This document shows, one piece after another, positions 7,826 to 18,500 of a stretch of 64,000 nucleotides of DNA; position 1 is the first letter of the stretch; each line of letters starts with the position of its first letter. The stretch spans positions 69,962-133,961 of the forward strand of contig PGYU01000002.1 in assembly GCA_002839825.1 (NCBI GenBank), given 5' to 3'. Under the pieces are notes generated by a model that was not told where the DNA came from, made no database searches, and saw only the letters and a list, made by a program, of their open reading frames with translations. The stretch comes from Ignavibacteriae bacterium HGW-Ignavibacteriae-1 (GTDB taxonomy: Bacteria; Bacteroidota; Ignavibacteria; Kapaibacteriales; UBA2268). The translations under genes were made by a program, and so were the position numbers.

Positions 7826-9307
7826 TTATATCTTATTAATATCAAACATAGTTCCGATTCCGAATAATAATTTAGGGTCGAAATACTTTTTAATTTCAAT
7901 CATATCGTCAACGGTTTTATCGCCGTACATTTTTCGTAAATACTTTTTCTTGAGCTTCCCGATTCCGTGCTCTGCCGATACAGTCCCCGAAAGTGCGAGA
8001 GTTTTGTCTATGCACCTATCGTAAATTTGGAGTGCGAGTGCGTATTCTTCGTCATTTTGGCAAAATATATTCGCATGCAAGTGGCTATTACCAATATGCC
8101 CGAAAATAACGTATTGCAAGGGCAAATTGCCAAAAACTTCCGAATAAAAGCGGAATAATTCGGGGAAATGCTCGATTGGCACTGCTGTATCGAGCCCAAC
8201 TTTCTTTTGGCTGTTCTCGGTCAAATTTTCGTAAACTTGGAGTGGCAATTCATGTCGGAATTCTGCCATCTCCTTGTGTTCTTTGTCACTTAGGGCAATC
8301 CAAGTATCGTCGCTTAAGCCCGTATAATTTTGAATCATCGCGTACCATTCGCCCATTATTTCGTCCTCGTTGGGAGTCGAATATTCTTGCTCGAACCAAA
8401 TTCCGGCAATTGCTTTTTCGGGAATTTGCGGAAATTTTGGGCGAAGCAAATTTAGCGATGGATTGTCGAAATATTCAATTAATCTCGCAGAAATTGTTTT
8501 GACAGATTCGGGATTGGATTTGTTGTTAATCAAGCTCATGTCACGAATTTCGATTACGAAATCGAGCAATTTATCTGCATCATCGAAAAATACGATTCCA
8601 CCGATGATTGATTCCGGTAAGGGCAAAACTTTGAGCGTAATTTCGGCGATTGCGGCAATTGTGCCTTCATTTCCGATGAATAAATCAATTGCGTCCATAT
8701 TTTCATGTGCAAAATATCCCGTGGCATTTTTAGTAGCGGGCATTTTGTAAACAGGCAATTGCAATTCGTACTTTTTGCCACTTTCGGAACTTAGGGATAA
8801 TTTGTATGAATCAGCAAAAATTTCACCACGATTGAGTGAAATTATTTCGCCATCGGGCAAAATTAATTTTAATCCCAAGATATGCTCGCGAATCGCGCCG
8901 TACTTGAATGTGCGCGAACCTGATGCGTTTGTGGCAACATTTCCCCCAATAAATGAATTCATTTCGGTTGGATTGGGAGCCAAAAAGTAGCCTTGTGGTC
9001 GGAGAAAATCGTCCAATTCATTCAAAGTGACTCCCGCTTGTACTGTGACTTTGCCATTACCGAAAACTGAAATTCCTTTCATTAATTCTGTCGAAATTAC
9101 TGCTCCGCCATTCGGTACTCTCGAACCTGTGATGCCAGTTCCGGCACCGGAAAATGTCATTGGAATGTTTTGGTCAAAGCAACTTTTTATAGCTTGACGC
9201 AATTCGTCAAAATCCTCAGGAATATAGACTATATCTGCATTGCCGTGCATATTCGACGAATCGAATGTGTAGGGATGAATTGTATCTGTTTCAGTTTTGA
9301 TAATCAT
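7826..9307 (-). CDS. FAD-binding oxidoreductase (GlcD / D-lactate dehydrogenase-like, FAD_binding_4 plus FAD-oxidase C domain)
   Basis: 493 aa. Contains [47 protein letters not shown] and C-terminal [17 protein letters not shown]. Confidence 0.85.
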   Translation of the reverse strand: MIIKTETDTIHPYTFDSSNMHGNADIVYIPEDFDELRQAIKSCFDQNIPMTFSGAGTGITGSRVPNGGAVISTELMKGISVFGNGKVTVQAGVTLNELDDFLRPQGYFLAPNPTEMNSFIGGNVATNASGSRTFKYGAIREHILGLKLILPDGEIISLNRGEIFADSYKLSLSSESGKKYELQLPVYKMPATKNATGYFAHENMDAIDLFIGNEGTIAAIAEITLKVLPLPESIIGGIVFFDDADKLLDFVIEIRDMSLINNKSNPESVKTISARLIEYFDNPSLNLLRPKFPQIPEKAIAGIWFEQEYSTPNEDEIMGEWYAMIQNYTGLSDDTWIALSDKEHKEMAEFRHELPLQVYENLTENSQKKVGLDTAVPIEHFPELFRFYSEVFGNLPLQYVIFGHIGNSHLHANIFCQNDEEYALALQIYDRCIDKTLALSGTVSAEHGIGKLKKKYLRKMYGDKTVDDMIEIKKYFDPKLLFGIGTMFDINKI

Positions 9308-9316
9308 TATACTGCT

Positions 9317-9532
9317 CTAATCCTTCCACGATTCCGGGTCTATGCCCAATTCTGTTTCCGCTAATCGAATCAAATCCTCGAGTTCCAAGAACCAATCTGT
9401 TTGCGTATGCGGCTTCAGCGGTTCATCGTAATATGCCATGATATATCCCGCAGATTCTTCGTCCTTGATATATGAGACGTAGTTCAATCCGGGTTTCTTG
9501 AAAATATCTGCTATTTGGGCGAATTTTTTCAT
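9317..9532 (-). CDS. Small hypothetical protein (71 aa) embedded in the carboxylase operon
   Basis: The ORF start overlaps the BCCP stop by 4 nt (ATGA), and the ORF ends 9 nt before the FAD oxidase start. No motif recognised. Confidence 0.5.
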   Translation of the reverse strand: MKKFAQIADIFKKPGLNYVSYIKDEESAGYIMAYYDEPLKPHTQTDWFLELEDLIRLAETELGIDPESWKD

Positions 9533-10050
9533 GAGGGTTCAATTTCGATTAATATTGTATCTTTGTCAACGGTGCTGCCTTCTTGCACTTTCAGCGATAC
9601 TACTTTTCCGGCAATCGTTGATTTCAGCACGTTTTCCATTTTCATAGCTTCAACGATTAGCAACTTTTCTCCGGGAACGACGGTCATGCCTTCTTCTACG
9701 AAGATTTTGATGATTAATCCGGGCATTGGCGCCTTGACTATTCCTGCTCCCGTTCCGGATGATTTGCCCGATTGGCGGATGAATTTTTCGACTAAATATG
9801 TGGTCGAATCAGTCACGTCAACTTTGTAGTCCATGCCGTTTAAGCTGATAGTAATGGTATTGCGGTCATTCACGAATAGCTCTACTTGGTAGATTTTGCT
9901 ATTTACGATGAATGAAAAAACGTTGTCGGAAAACTTCTTGAGCAATTCAACTTCGTATTGCTTATCGTTAATGATTACCGATTTGTGGCAATCAGTTTCG
10001 CAATGTGCTTTGTATTCGTTGTTGTTTATTTTGAGTACTAAATTTTCCAT
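9529..10050 (-). CDS. Biotin carboxyl carrier protein (biotin/lipoyl attachment domain)
   Basis: 173 aa. The C-terminal domain has KAPMPGLIIKIFVEEG and the biotinylation motif EAMKMEN. Confidence 0.9.
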   Translation of the reverse strand: MENLVLKINNNEYKAHCETDCHKSVIINDKQYEVELLKKFSDNVFSFIVNSKIYQVELFVNDRNTITISLNGMDYKVDVTDSTTYLVEKFIRQSGKSSGTGAGIVKAPMPGLIIKIFVEEGMTVVPGEKLLIVEAMKMENVLKSTIAGKVVSLKVQEGSTVDKDTILIEIEPS

Positions 10051-10068
10051 TTTCTCATTTGATTTTCG

Positions 10069-11571
10069 TTAAACTAAACGGCGCAAGTATAAATTTTTCT
10101 CTTTCCATTTACTAATTTTCGGCTGTGTATCGGTGGCACGATTTGAATTTTGGGTCATTTTCCAACCCCAAGTAGCAATTGCGGCAACGATTTCTTCGTG
10201 TTCGTTTTTCATGCGGTTCAGCGATTCAAAATCGAAAGAATGTTCGATGAATCCTGTGTCGAAATATCCGTAGCGAAATTCCGGATGTTGCATTACTGCG
10301 AGCAGAAACGGAATTATCGTCCGGACACCTTTGATTTTGTAATTCCGCAAAGCCATTTCCATACGATTAATCGCTTCGATTCTGTCGCGACCGTAAGTAA
10401 TCAGCTTGGCTAGCATCGGGTCGAAATGTATCGTCACTTCCGAGCCGGTTTCGACGCCCGAATCAACACGCACGCCGTATCCGGCAGGTTGGCGATAGTA
10501 TGAAATTTTGCCTGTGTCGGGCAAAAATCCGTTGAAGGAATCTTCAGCGTAAATCCTACATTCTAAGGCATGACCGTTAAGCTTAATATCTTCCTGCTTG
10601 TAGGATAAGACTTCGCCGTATGCAATTTTGATTTGCTCTTTTACAAGGTTAATTCCTGTCACCAATTCGGTCACGGGATGCTCCACTTGCAAACGCGTAT
10701 TCATTTCGAGGAAGTAATAATTTTTGTTCCTGTCAAGCAAAAATTCGATGGTTCCTGCATTTGCATAATTACATGCTTTAGCTGCTTCAACTGCCACTTT
10801 GCCCATTTCTTCACGAAGTTCGGGCGTCAGTACAGTCGAAGTTGCTTCTTCGATAACTTTCTGGTGGCGACGTTGGATAGAGCAATCGCGTTCGCCGAGA
10901 TGTATGTAGTTGCCATGCTCGTCGGCAAGCACTTGAATTTCGATATGCTTAGGGTTTTCGATATATTTTTCGATATAAACCGATTCGTCGCCAAATGCCT
11001 TCATAGCTTCGCGTTTGGCAGCTTCCAATGATGGCACCAAGTCGCTTGATTCAAATACTTTGCGCATACCTTTGCCGCCGCCACCTGCTGCTGCTTTGAG
11101 CAAGATTGGAAAGCCGATTTCTGTAGCTATTTCAATGGCGCGGTCGGTATCGGTGATTTTTTCTTTCGTGCCGGGAACAATTGGAACTCCGGCGTTGAAC
11201 ATCAGTTCGCGAGCGCGGGTTTTGTTGCCCATCATTTCGATCGAAGTATGCGATGGACCGATGAATTTAAGCCCTGCATCTGTAACAGCTTTGGCAAATT
11301 CAGCGCGTTCGGACAAAAATCCGTATCCTGGATGAATGGCTTCAGCATCGGAATTCTTTGCTATTTCGATTATTTGAGCCATGTCGAGATAGGCATCTTT
11401 GGGGGTCTCACCCTCGACGCGATAAGCATAATCCGCATAATTTACAAATTGAGCCGTGCGGTCAATTTCGTGATATATTGCGACGGTTTCGATTCCCATT
11501 TCGCGGGATGAACGCATTATTCGGACCGCTATTTCGCCACGGTTGGCAATCAGTATTCGTTTGAACATCAA
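10069..11571 (-). CDS. accC: Biotin carboxylase subunit of acetyl/propionyl-CoA carboxylase
   Basis: 500 aa. Contains KRILIANRGEIAVRIMR, HPGYGFLSE, GGGGKGMR and YFLEMNTRLQVEHPVTE. Confidence 0.95.
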   Translation of the reverse strand: MMFKRILIANRGEIAVRIMRSSREMGIETVAIYHEIDRTAQFVNYADYAYRVEGETPKDAYLDMAQIIEIAKNSDAEAIHPGYGFLSERAEFAKAVTDAGLKFIGPSHTSIEMMGNKTRARELMFNAGVPIVPGTKEKITDTDRAIEIATEIGFPILLKAAAGGGGKGMRKVFESSDLVPSLEAAKREAMKAFGDESVYIEKYIENPKHIEIQVLADEHGNYIHLGERDCSIQRRHQKVIEEATSTVLTPELREEMGKVAVEAAKACNYANAGTIEFLLDRNKNYYFLEMNTRLQVEHPVTELVTGINLVKEQIKIAYGEVLSYKQEDIKLNGHALECRIYAEDSFNGFLPDTGKISYYRQPAGYGVRVDSGVETGSEVTIHFDPMLAKLITYGRDRIEAINRMEMALRNYKIKGVRTIIPFLLAVMQHPEFRYGYFDTGFIEHSFDFESLNRMKNEHEEIVAAIATWGWKMTQNSNRATDTQPKISKWKEKNLYLRRLV

Positions 11572-11640
11572 TTTTTCTTAAATTAATAATAACAATTTGA
11601 GACGATAAGAGTGCTTTTTGATTTAAAATTTCTCAAATTT

Positions 11641-12849
11641 CTAACACACATGCTGAAAACTTGAATACAATGTCTTGATTGAAACGTTGCCGAGCATCCT
11701 GTCCTTGTATTCATCTTTGATTTTTTGTGCTGCGTTGCTCAACTCTTCTGTCTTGATTCCTGCCGAGCACGAATTCCAAGCTTCCAAAAATGCGGCTAAT
11801 TGGTCGGCTGCCCGAATGCACTCGCCGTCATGTGGATTGAAGCGGTCTTCGTTGTATTTTTGATTCAAATCATCTATTGAAATATTATCGAGTTCGACTT
11901 TGCCGTTAAGATGAATCTTATTTTTGAATTCGTCAAGCACGTAATATTTGATTTCTTCCATCCATTTTTTTTCGATTAAGGGGAATATTTCCTTTTCGGC
12001 GAGACTCATTTCCAATTCTTTGATTAGATTGTCAAATTCGTCCGACGAGCGTTTCACTGGCGAAATGATGTCACGCGTGACGGCTTCGGGCAAATCGTGG
12101 AAGAGCCCTCCGAAAAAGCTGTTGTAAAGCCTTTGCGGACATGCGTTATTCTCGCGCGCAAAGAAATATGCTATCGTTGCAACTAAAAGCGTATGCCCCA
12201 AAACTGCTGTTTTCGGCACTCGCGGGACTTGCGCCCAACGGATTTGGAATCGCAATTGTCCGCATAAATCTACAAAATTTGAAATTGTATGCTTGTTAGT
12301 TAGCCTCTGAATTCCGATTAAATCATTGAAATTGGCGATACTGTTCAAAAGTTCGGTTTCAATTCGGATGTTTTGATAATTAAAAGGATTGGATTGCTTG
12401 ATTATCTGGAATTCCCAATAGCTTGCATAAATATGTGCTGCATCGAGTACTCGCATACTGATTTCGTTCGGGTCTGATTCTGTGAACAAAAAATCGGAAA
12501 TTTCGTCGAGCAAAATCTTACTTTCGATTTTTGGCTCTAATTGCGTATAGACGTATTGGTTCAGCTTCTCGAAAACTTTTTTGTTCTTTTTGACTTCGCG
12601 ATAAATCGGGGATTTGATGTCGCTTATGACGATTCGCCTGATTAGCTCGTAGATTCCGAATTTGATGATTTTTTGCCAATCAATTTTGGCGCCGTTTGAT
12701 TCTTCGTATTTAGCAAGGCAATATGCTATAATCATTTTGTGGGCGTGTTTGTCCATTTCGATCAAATCCATTGCCCGAATTCTATCGTTCCAGCGTTGGA
12801 TATGAAATCCTCTGAACAATTCATTTAAAAGGGAAAAATTTACAATCAT
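11641..12849 (-). CDS. HD-superfamily protein with two YfbR-like halves (N-terminal half degenerate)
   Basis: 402 aa. First half: HIQRWNDRIRAMDLIEMDKHAHKM. Second half: FQIRWAQVPRVPKTAVLGHTLLVA ... GGLFHDLPEAVTRDI, which carries H...HD...D metal ligands. Confidence 0.7.
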   Translation of the reverse strand: MIVNFSLLNELFRGFHIQRWNDRIRAMDLIEMDKHAHKMIIAYCLAKYEESNGAKIDWQKIIKFGIYELIRRIVISDIKSPIYREVKKNKKVFEKLNQYVYTQLEPKIESKILLDEISDFLFTESDPNEISMRVLDAAHIYASYWEFQIIKQSNPFNYQNIRIETELLNSIANFNDLIGIQRLTNKHTISNFVDLCGQLRFQIRWAQVPRVPKTAVLGHTLLVATIAYFFARENNACPQRLYNSFFGGLFHDLPEAVTRDIISPVKRSSDEFDNLIKELEMSLAEKEIFPLIEKKWMEEIKYYVLDEFKNKIHLNGKVELDNISIDDLNQKYNEDRFNPHDGECIRAADQLAAFLEAWNSCSAGIKTEELSNAAQKIKDEYKDRMLGNVSIKTLYSSFQHVC

Positions 12850-12858
12850 TTAGAACTC

Positions 12859-13479
12859 CTATTTTTTGGATTTCAAGAGCATATTCTTAATAGAGTCGCT
12901 GCTGCGTCTTTCGTCATCTTGATAATGTTGTAAGAGTTGGTCCTGTTCGAAAGAAGTTTTTGAACAGCTCCTCTCTTTTTCGGTTAATGGGATTTTCGGA
13001 GTAACACTTGATTTTAAAATATCTTTGGAATCGTTATTTTTGAGGAAATCTTCCGAAGGATACAATTCACCGGAGTATTCGCCTTTTGCTACCATCTCGA
13101 GCATATCTTTGCCATATATATCGAGTAATTTGTCATATATATCTGAGCTTGTGAACGGCTTGGAAATGAATCCGGCAGTACCTGATTTGATAGCTAATCC
13201 TAAATATTCCACATCTGATAATGTAGAAATCATTAGAACCGGAATATTTTGAGTAACAGGAATTTTTTTGAGTATTTTCAATGTCAAGTGTCCCGAAAGC
13301 TCAGGCATCAATATATCCAAGACTATTAGGTGAGGTGTGTGCTCTACTGCAAGAGCTATACCGTCAAATCCGTTGGCTGCTAGGAACGTTTTTTTGAATC
13401 CATAGCTTTGCAAAGTCTTAGATATAACTCTTTGCATCCATGTGTCATCATCTATTACCAGAGCAGAATACTCAGTCAT
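12859..13479 (-). CDS. Response regulator, single REC domain with about 80-aa non-DNA-binding tail
   Basis: Contains ALVIDDD, HLIVLDILMPELSG and GFISKPF. No HTH or other output domain is visible. Confidence 0.85.
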   Translation of the reverse strand: MTEYSALVIDDDTWMQRVISKTLQSYGFKKTFLAANGFDGIALAVEHTPHLIVLDILMPELSGHLTLKILKKIPVTQNIPVLMISTLSDVEYLGLAIKSGTAGFISKPFTSSDIYDKLLDIYGKDMLEMVAKGEYSGELYPSEDFLKNNDSKDILKSSVTPKIPLTEKERSCSKTSFEQDQLLQHYQDDERRSSDSIKNMLLKSKK

Positions 13480-13622
13480 ATGAATTTTCCTTGTTGAATT
13501 GGATTTTTAATAGACCATGAATTTTTCAAATTCTCGAATCCTAAAATACCTTCGGGAAAATGAATTATGTGCTCATCTTCAATCTCGATGTCGCCGAATT
13601 GCAAAGTTGTAAGCTTCTTCAT
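13476..13622 (-). pseudogene. FliW-like N-terminal remnant (intact 48-aa ORF, below the ORF-track cutoff)
   Basis: My own translation is MKKLTTLQFGDIEIEDEHIIHFPEGILGFENLKNSWSIKNPIQQGKFI. The FGxIEIxExxIIxFPEGIxGFExLK block is the FliW (PF02623) N-terminus, but full-length FliW is about 140 aa. The stop overlaps the response-regulator ATG (ATGA). Confidence 0.5.
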
Positions 13623-13829
13623 ATTTTCAATTTATTTCGCAATTTATTATTTGTCATACTCTTAAAATTAACAAAGATTTCTGAAATTAAAAAATATATG
13701 TACAAATATCGTGCTAATTTTCAATTTCTTGATTATTTTCATCTCCGTCAGCATGTCTCCCGATAGCGAACCTTGTTTATGTTCGCCCTTTATTTTCAAA
13801 ATACTTTACTAATATACTAATATATCGTA

Positions 13830-15473
13830 CTATTGACTCGTTTCTTGATTTTTTTTTGAGAAAAATGAGAATAAAAGCGAAATAAGTAAAATCAATGAAA
13901 AAGTAATAGGTAAATAATCTCTGTATCGTACGAAAAATGTGAGATTGTCCATCAAGGGCAATTGCTCGACTGATGCTATTCGAGTGTATTGAGGCATAAT
14001 TGAAATCGAGCTGCCCGTTGGGGTTATGAAGCCGGACACGCCACTATTTGCACAACGCGCCAAATACCGGCGATTTTCGATTGCGCGCAAAGCTGCAATT
14101 ATATAATGTTGCTCAGGTCCCGGAGTGTAATCATACCAAGCATCGTTTGTGATTACTGACATAACATGTGCACCCTTTGCAGTAAAATTAGCGACAAAAG
14201 ACGGGTAGATTGATTCGATGCAAATAATTGGTGCAATTTGAAAATTTAACTTTTCTGTTTCGACAAGAAAATTTCTTTGTTCCAATCCACGTCCCCAAGA
14301 AGATATTCCAACTCCCCATTCAAACCACGACCGCATAAAAATCAAATGTTCGGCATAGGGCATTCGCTCGGCAAATGGTGTCAACCTCATTTTCCGATAA
14401 GTTTGCGGTTCGGACGAATGCACAGGGTTGACAAGCATTGCCGAATTATATGATTCGTATATCTGAGTCGAATCCCAAGGATAAACTCTTGCAGTTGGAG
14501 GGGCATTGAGGCTATCTTCAAAAAAACTTATTTCTGCAAATCCCATCATCAAAGGCACACCTATAGATAGAACTCTCTCGTAAAACAGGTAATATTCGTA
14601 AATATTTTCTACATTTGTATGCTTGGGGTAGGATGTTTCACTCCAAATGAACAAATCGGGCTTGCCACTGACGGCTCTAACCGAATCTTCAAGGGCAAAA
14701 TGCATCATCACTTGATTATCAACTCCACCTTCCCATTTTCTCCATGGATTAATGTTTGGTTGGACAACTCCAATTTTTGCCGAAGGATATTCTAGTTTGA
14801 GTTTGTCGTGACTGTATTCAGACTTTGCCCATATTCCGTAAATCATTGGGAAAATTATAAGCGATGCTAATAAAATATATGCTTTCCGAATGAATTTGCC
14901 ATTTACCGACCCAATTTGACTTCTTTTCCTATATTCGAGTATAATTCGTAAAATTAGAACATTCGCCGAAACTACCAAAAACGACGAGCCCCAGATTCCG
15001 GTAATATCAATAAATTGAATCCAAATTGAATTGTAATATTGCGTATTGCCATAGGTCAGCCAAGGATATGAAAATTCGCCCAAGGAATGTGCCCACTCAA
15101 AAGCTACCCAAATGAATGGGAATAGATTGAGCGCTACTGTGGCAGAATATCGGCGTTTGAATATATTGAAAATAATAAATGGAATCATGAAGAAAAATGG
15201 ATGTGCTATCGCGAGTGCAATTGCAGATGCAGTCAGATAAGGGTCAGTATCAGCTTGCCAACTGCCTATCCACCAATTTGTTCCGGCATGATATATGAAA
15301 AATGTAAGATATAGCTTCAAGAACATGCGGTTCGGGTGCGATTCCGAAGCGAAAATGAACAAAATTGGGATAAATGCCACAAAAGCCAACATAAAAAATG
15401 GCAATGGTGGAAATGAGAGTGCAAGCAAAATTCCGCTAATTAGGGATAGAAATGTATTTTGAAACTTTTTCAC
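13830..15473 (-). CDS. lnt: Apolipoprotein N-acyltransferase
   Basis: 547 aa. An N-terminal polytopic membrane domain is followed by a C-terminal CN-hydrolase domain containing PIICIESIYP and NDAWY. Confidence 0.88.
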   Translation of the reverse strand: MKKFQNTFLSLISGILLALSFPPLPFFMLAFVAFIPILFIFASESHPNRMFLKLYLTFFIYHAGTNWWIGSWQADTDPYLTASAIALAIAHPFFFMIPFIIFNIFKRRYSATVALNLFPFIWVAFEWAHSLGEFSYPWLTYGNTQYYNSIWIQFIDITGIWGSSFLVVSANVLILRIILEYRKRSQIGSVNGKFIRKAYILLASLIIFPMIYGIWAKSEYSHDKLKLEYPSAKIGVVQPNINPWRKWEGGVDNQVMMHFALEDSVRAVSGKPDLFIWSETSYPKHTNVENIYEYYLFYERVLSIGVPLMMGFAEISFFEDSLNAPPTARVYPWDSTQIYESYNSAMLVNPVHSSEPQTYRKMRLTPFAERMPYAEHLIFMRSWFEWGVGISSWGRGLEQRNFLVETEKLNFQIAPIICIESIYPSFVANFTAKGAHVMSVITNDAWYDYTPGPEQHYIIAALRAIENRRYLARCANSGVSGFITPTGSSISIMPQYTRIASVEQLPLMDNLTFFVRYRDYLPITFSLILLISLLFSFFSKKNQETSQ

Positions 15474-15566
15474 GTTTTAAGTTTTTATAATATTGTTTGA
15501 TAATAAACGATTAACAAATTTAACGATGAATTTTGAATAAATAATTAAGATTTGACAGAAACCGAG

Positions 15567-18500
15567 ATGATTTTTAAAAAAACTTTGCTTTTTTTACTGA
15601 CTTTTTGCTTTGCTATCCCAATTTATGGAATTGAACTGCCACACCCCAAACCGCTAATGAGAAAACTCGAATTTGCAAAAGAGAGGGAAAGTGAGGGTGG
15701 TGAACTGAGAGAACGCAGAATAGAGGCGATTAAGCAATCTGAAAAAATGCGGCACGAACTATACGGGAAATCTCCCGAGTTGATGGCTGCACAACCCGAA
15801 TGGAAATGTATCGGACCTTTTACTATTTCGGGTAGAATCCGTTCGATAGTAGCTCACCCTACAAATCCCGGGCAAATCTATATTGGAGCAGCAGCAGGTG
15901 GCGTTTGGAAAACTCATGATAACGGAGTGCATTGGACTCCATTGTTCGATTTCGAGAATTCCATTGCATTTGGCTCATTGGCTCTTGACCCGTTTGACCC
16001 CGAGATTATTTACGCTGCCACAGGCGAAATGATTATCGGCGGCGGTATTCCTTATCTGGGTTCGGGAGTTTATCGTTCATCAAATGGCGGTAAAAACTGG
16101 GATTTGATTGGACTTCCCGATGTGGGAGCTTTCTCAAAGATTTACGTTCATCCTTCAGACCCTAATATAATAGTAGCCGGTGGTGCCGAAAGCAACGGCG
16201 GGCTTTATCTTTCCACAGATATGGGCAAGAATTGGAATCGCAAAATTACAGGAAATATTACAGATATTTCGCTCAATCCTACCAATAAAAATGAAATGTT
16301 CATCGCTATCAATGGAGATGGAATCTATCATACAGGAAATATGGGCGAAAATTGGACGAAAAAATCATCAGGCATCACAAATATCGGCGGGCGGATTTCG
16401 GTTCAAGCTTCGGCATCAAATTTTTCGATTGCATATGCTCTTGTGGAACGAAGCAATTCCCGTGCAGCAATCTTCAAGACGACCGATAGAGGCAATGAAT
16501 GGATTATGGTTCACGACGGCGACCATTCATTTTTCAGAGGGCAGGGTTTTTATAATAATTATTTAGCTGTGCATCCTACAAATCCAAACATAGTTCTCGC
16601 AGGTGGAATTAATTTATGGAGAACCGCAAACGGCGGTGACTCTTGGTCATCTGTCTCTGAAAATACTCAAAACGAACGGATGCACGTTGACAATCATCAT
16701 GCAGCTTTTTCGCCCATCAATCCTAACATTGTTTATAATGCTACCGACGGCGGAATATATATGAGCTTCGATGCCGGAGTTTCATGGAAAGACATCAATT
16801 CGAATTTGGCGATTACTCAATTTTATGCAATTTCTACCGATTTGACGCAGCCGTACAGAAATTACGGCGGCACACAAGACAATGGTACTGTCGGCAATAG
16901 AAATGACGAATGGAATAAATTCGTTTCGGGCGACGGATTTGACTCCTTTCTCCATCCCGATGAGGCAAATATTTTATTTGGAGAATTATATTACGGTCAA
17001 ATTTTTAAATACAAATTCAATACTTCAGGTCAAAATGACTTAACTTTTCTGTATGAAAATATTCCTGCACAAGATTCGGGTATTTGGCATGCACCATTTT
17101 TGTTAGATAAAAAATTCAGAAGAATATTCGTGGGAATGCACGCTATTTATGTTTCGTATGATTTTGGCGATACTTTTTTCCCGATTTCCCAACGCAGCAC
17201 TCACCAACATACTGCAATCGCATATTCCGAGCTTGATGCAAAAATATTATTAACAGGAAACCGAATCGGTCAAATTTTTCGGTCGAGCGATTCCGGTAAA
17301 GATTGGGAGCAAGTTAACGCTTCGCCAATGCCGAGACGCACGGTAACCGAAATAAAGTTTTCAAAAAAGGACAGGGAAACGGCTTATGCTACATTCTCGG
17401 GATACGGCAAACCACATTTATTCAAGACTACAGATTTGGGCACATCTTGGTTTGATATTGGCTCCAATTTGCCGGACGTCCCGGTGAACGATATTGAATT
17501 TCACCCAAATAATGAAAATATTTTATTTGTCGCCACTGATATTGGAGTTTATGCAAGTTACGACGGTGGGGCTGTGTGGTTTCCGTATGGACATTCATTA
17601 TCTCGAAGCCCTGTGGTTGATTTGTTGATTCATGATAACACCGCAATATTTCCGCAGATGAAGCTTCGAGCCGGCACTCACGGACGTTCGATATGGGAAG
17701 CCGATATAGTGGAAATGCCCCAATTAGCTACTGAAATTACTTCTCCGGCTGGTGGCGAGAATCTAATCGGGACAACTGATTTTCGAATTTCATGGTCGGG
17801 ATTTCGGTCGCCAATTGATATTTTGGTTCGATTTGGCGAAGACCAAGAATGGACTGTGCTCGCAAGTGGAGTTCCCGGGAACTCCTTTGTATGGACTGTG
17901 CCGGATTTAGATGCATTGACTGCGAGAATTTCGATTAGAAGCTCAATTGATGACGCATCGAGAATTTCAAATTCTTTCAGCATCAAAAAATTGGAAAAAG
18001 GTGCTCTTTTGCGAACCGGCAATGTATCAATCGCAAGCTATGGAATTGTGCATGACGGCGAAAATTCACTATGGGCAACAGATTTCGCCGGCAACCAAGT
18101 GCATAAGATAAATCTCGCGGACTTCACAATCACGAAATCGCTAACTTTGCCATATTCGGAATTTTATACAGATATTACAATCAACGAATCGAAAGACGTA
18201 CTGTATCTGCATCGCCTCAACGAATCAAGCGGCAACGGAGGCAAAATTATCACAATTGACACAAACGGCAATTTTATTCGCGAATTTGCAACTCCCGCAA
18301 CGAGCTATCCGATTGGTCTTGCGTATAGCGATGGTGATTTATATGTTGCGGAGCGTGATGTAAATAGGCGGATTTTCCGTATTGATGCCCAAACGGCTGC
18401 AGTCAAAAATTCATTCAAAAATCCTTTCGATGTTACATTCGGTCCGCGTGGGCTGACATTTTATGAGGGAAATTTATACCAAGTTTCAACACTTTTTATT

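Noticed and set aside
13560-13766. 68-aa plus-strand ORF in the RR/lnt spacer
   Set aside because: It is hydrophobic and low-complexity with no motif, and its 5' part overlaps the FliW-like ORF on the opposite strand, which has a real family signature.
15552-15566. Upstream TTG/ATG starts given by the ORF track (15552, 24193, 27626, 52850, 56826, 58855, 2729, 5946)
   Set aside because: In each case a nearby downstream ATG fits better. It gives a proper signal peptide, removes a long overlap with the preceding gene, or matches the conserved protein N-terminus.
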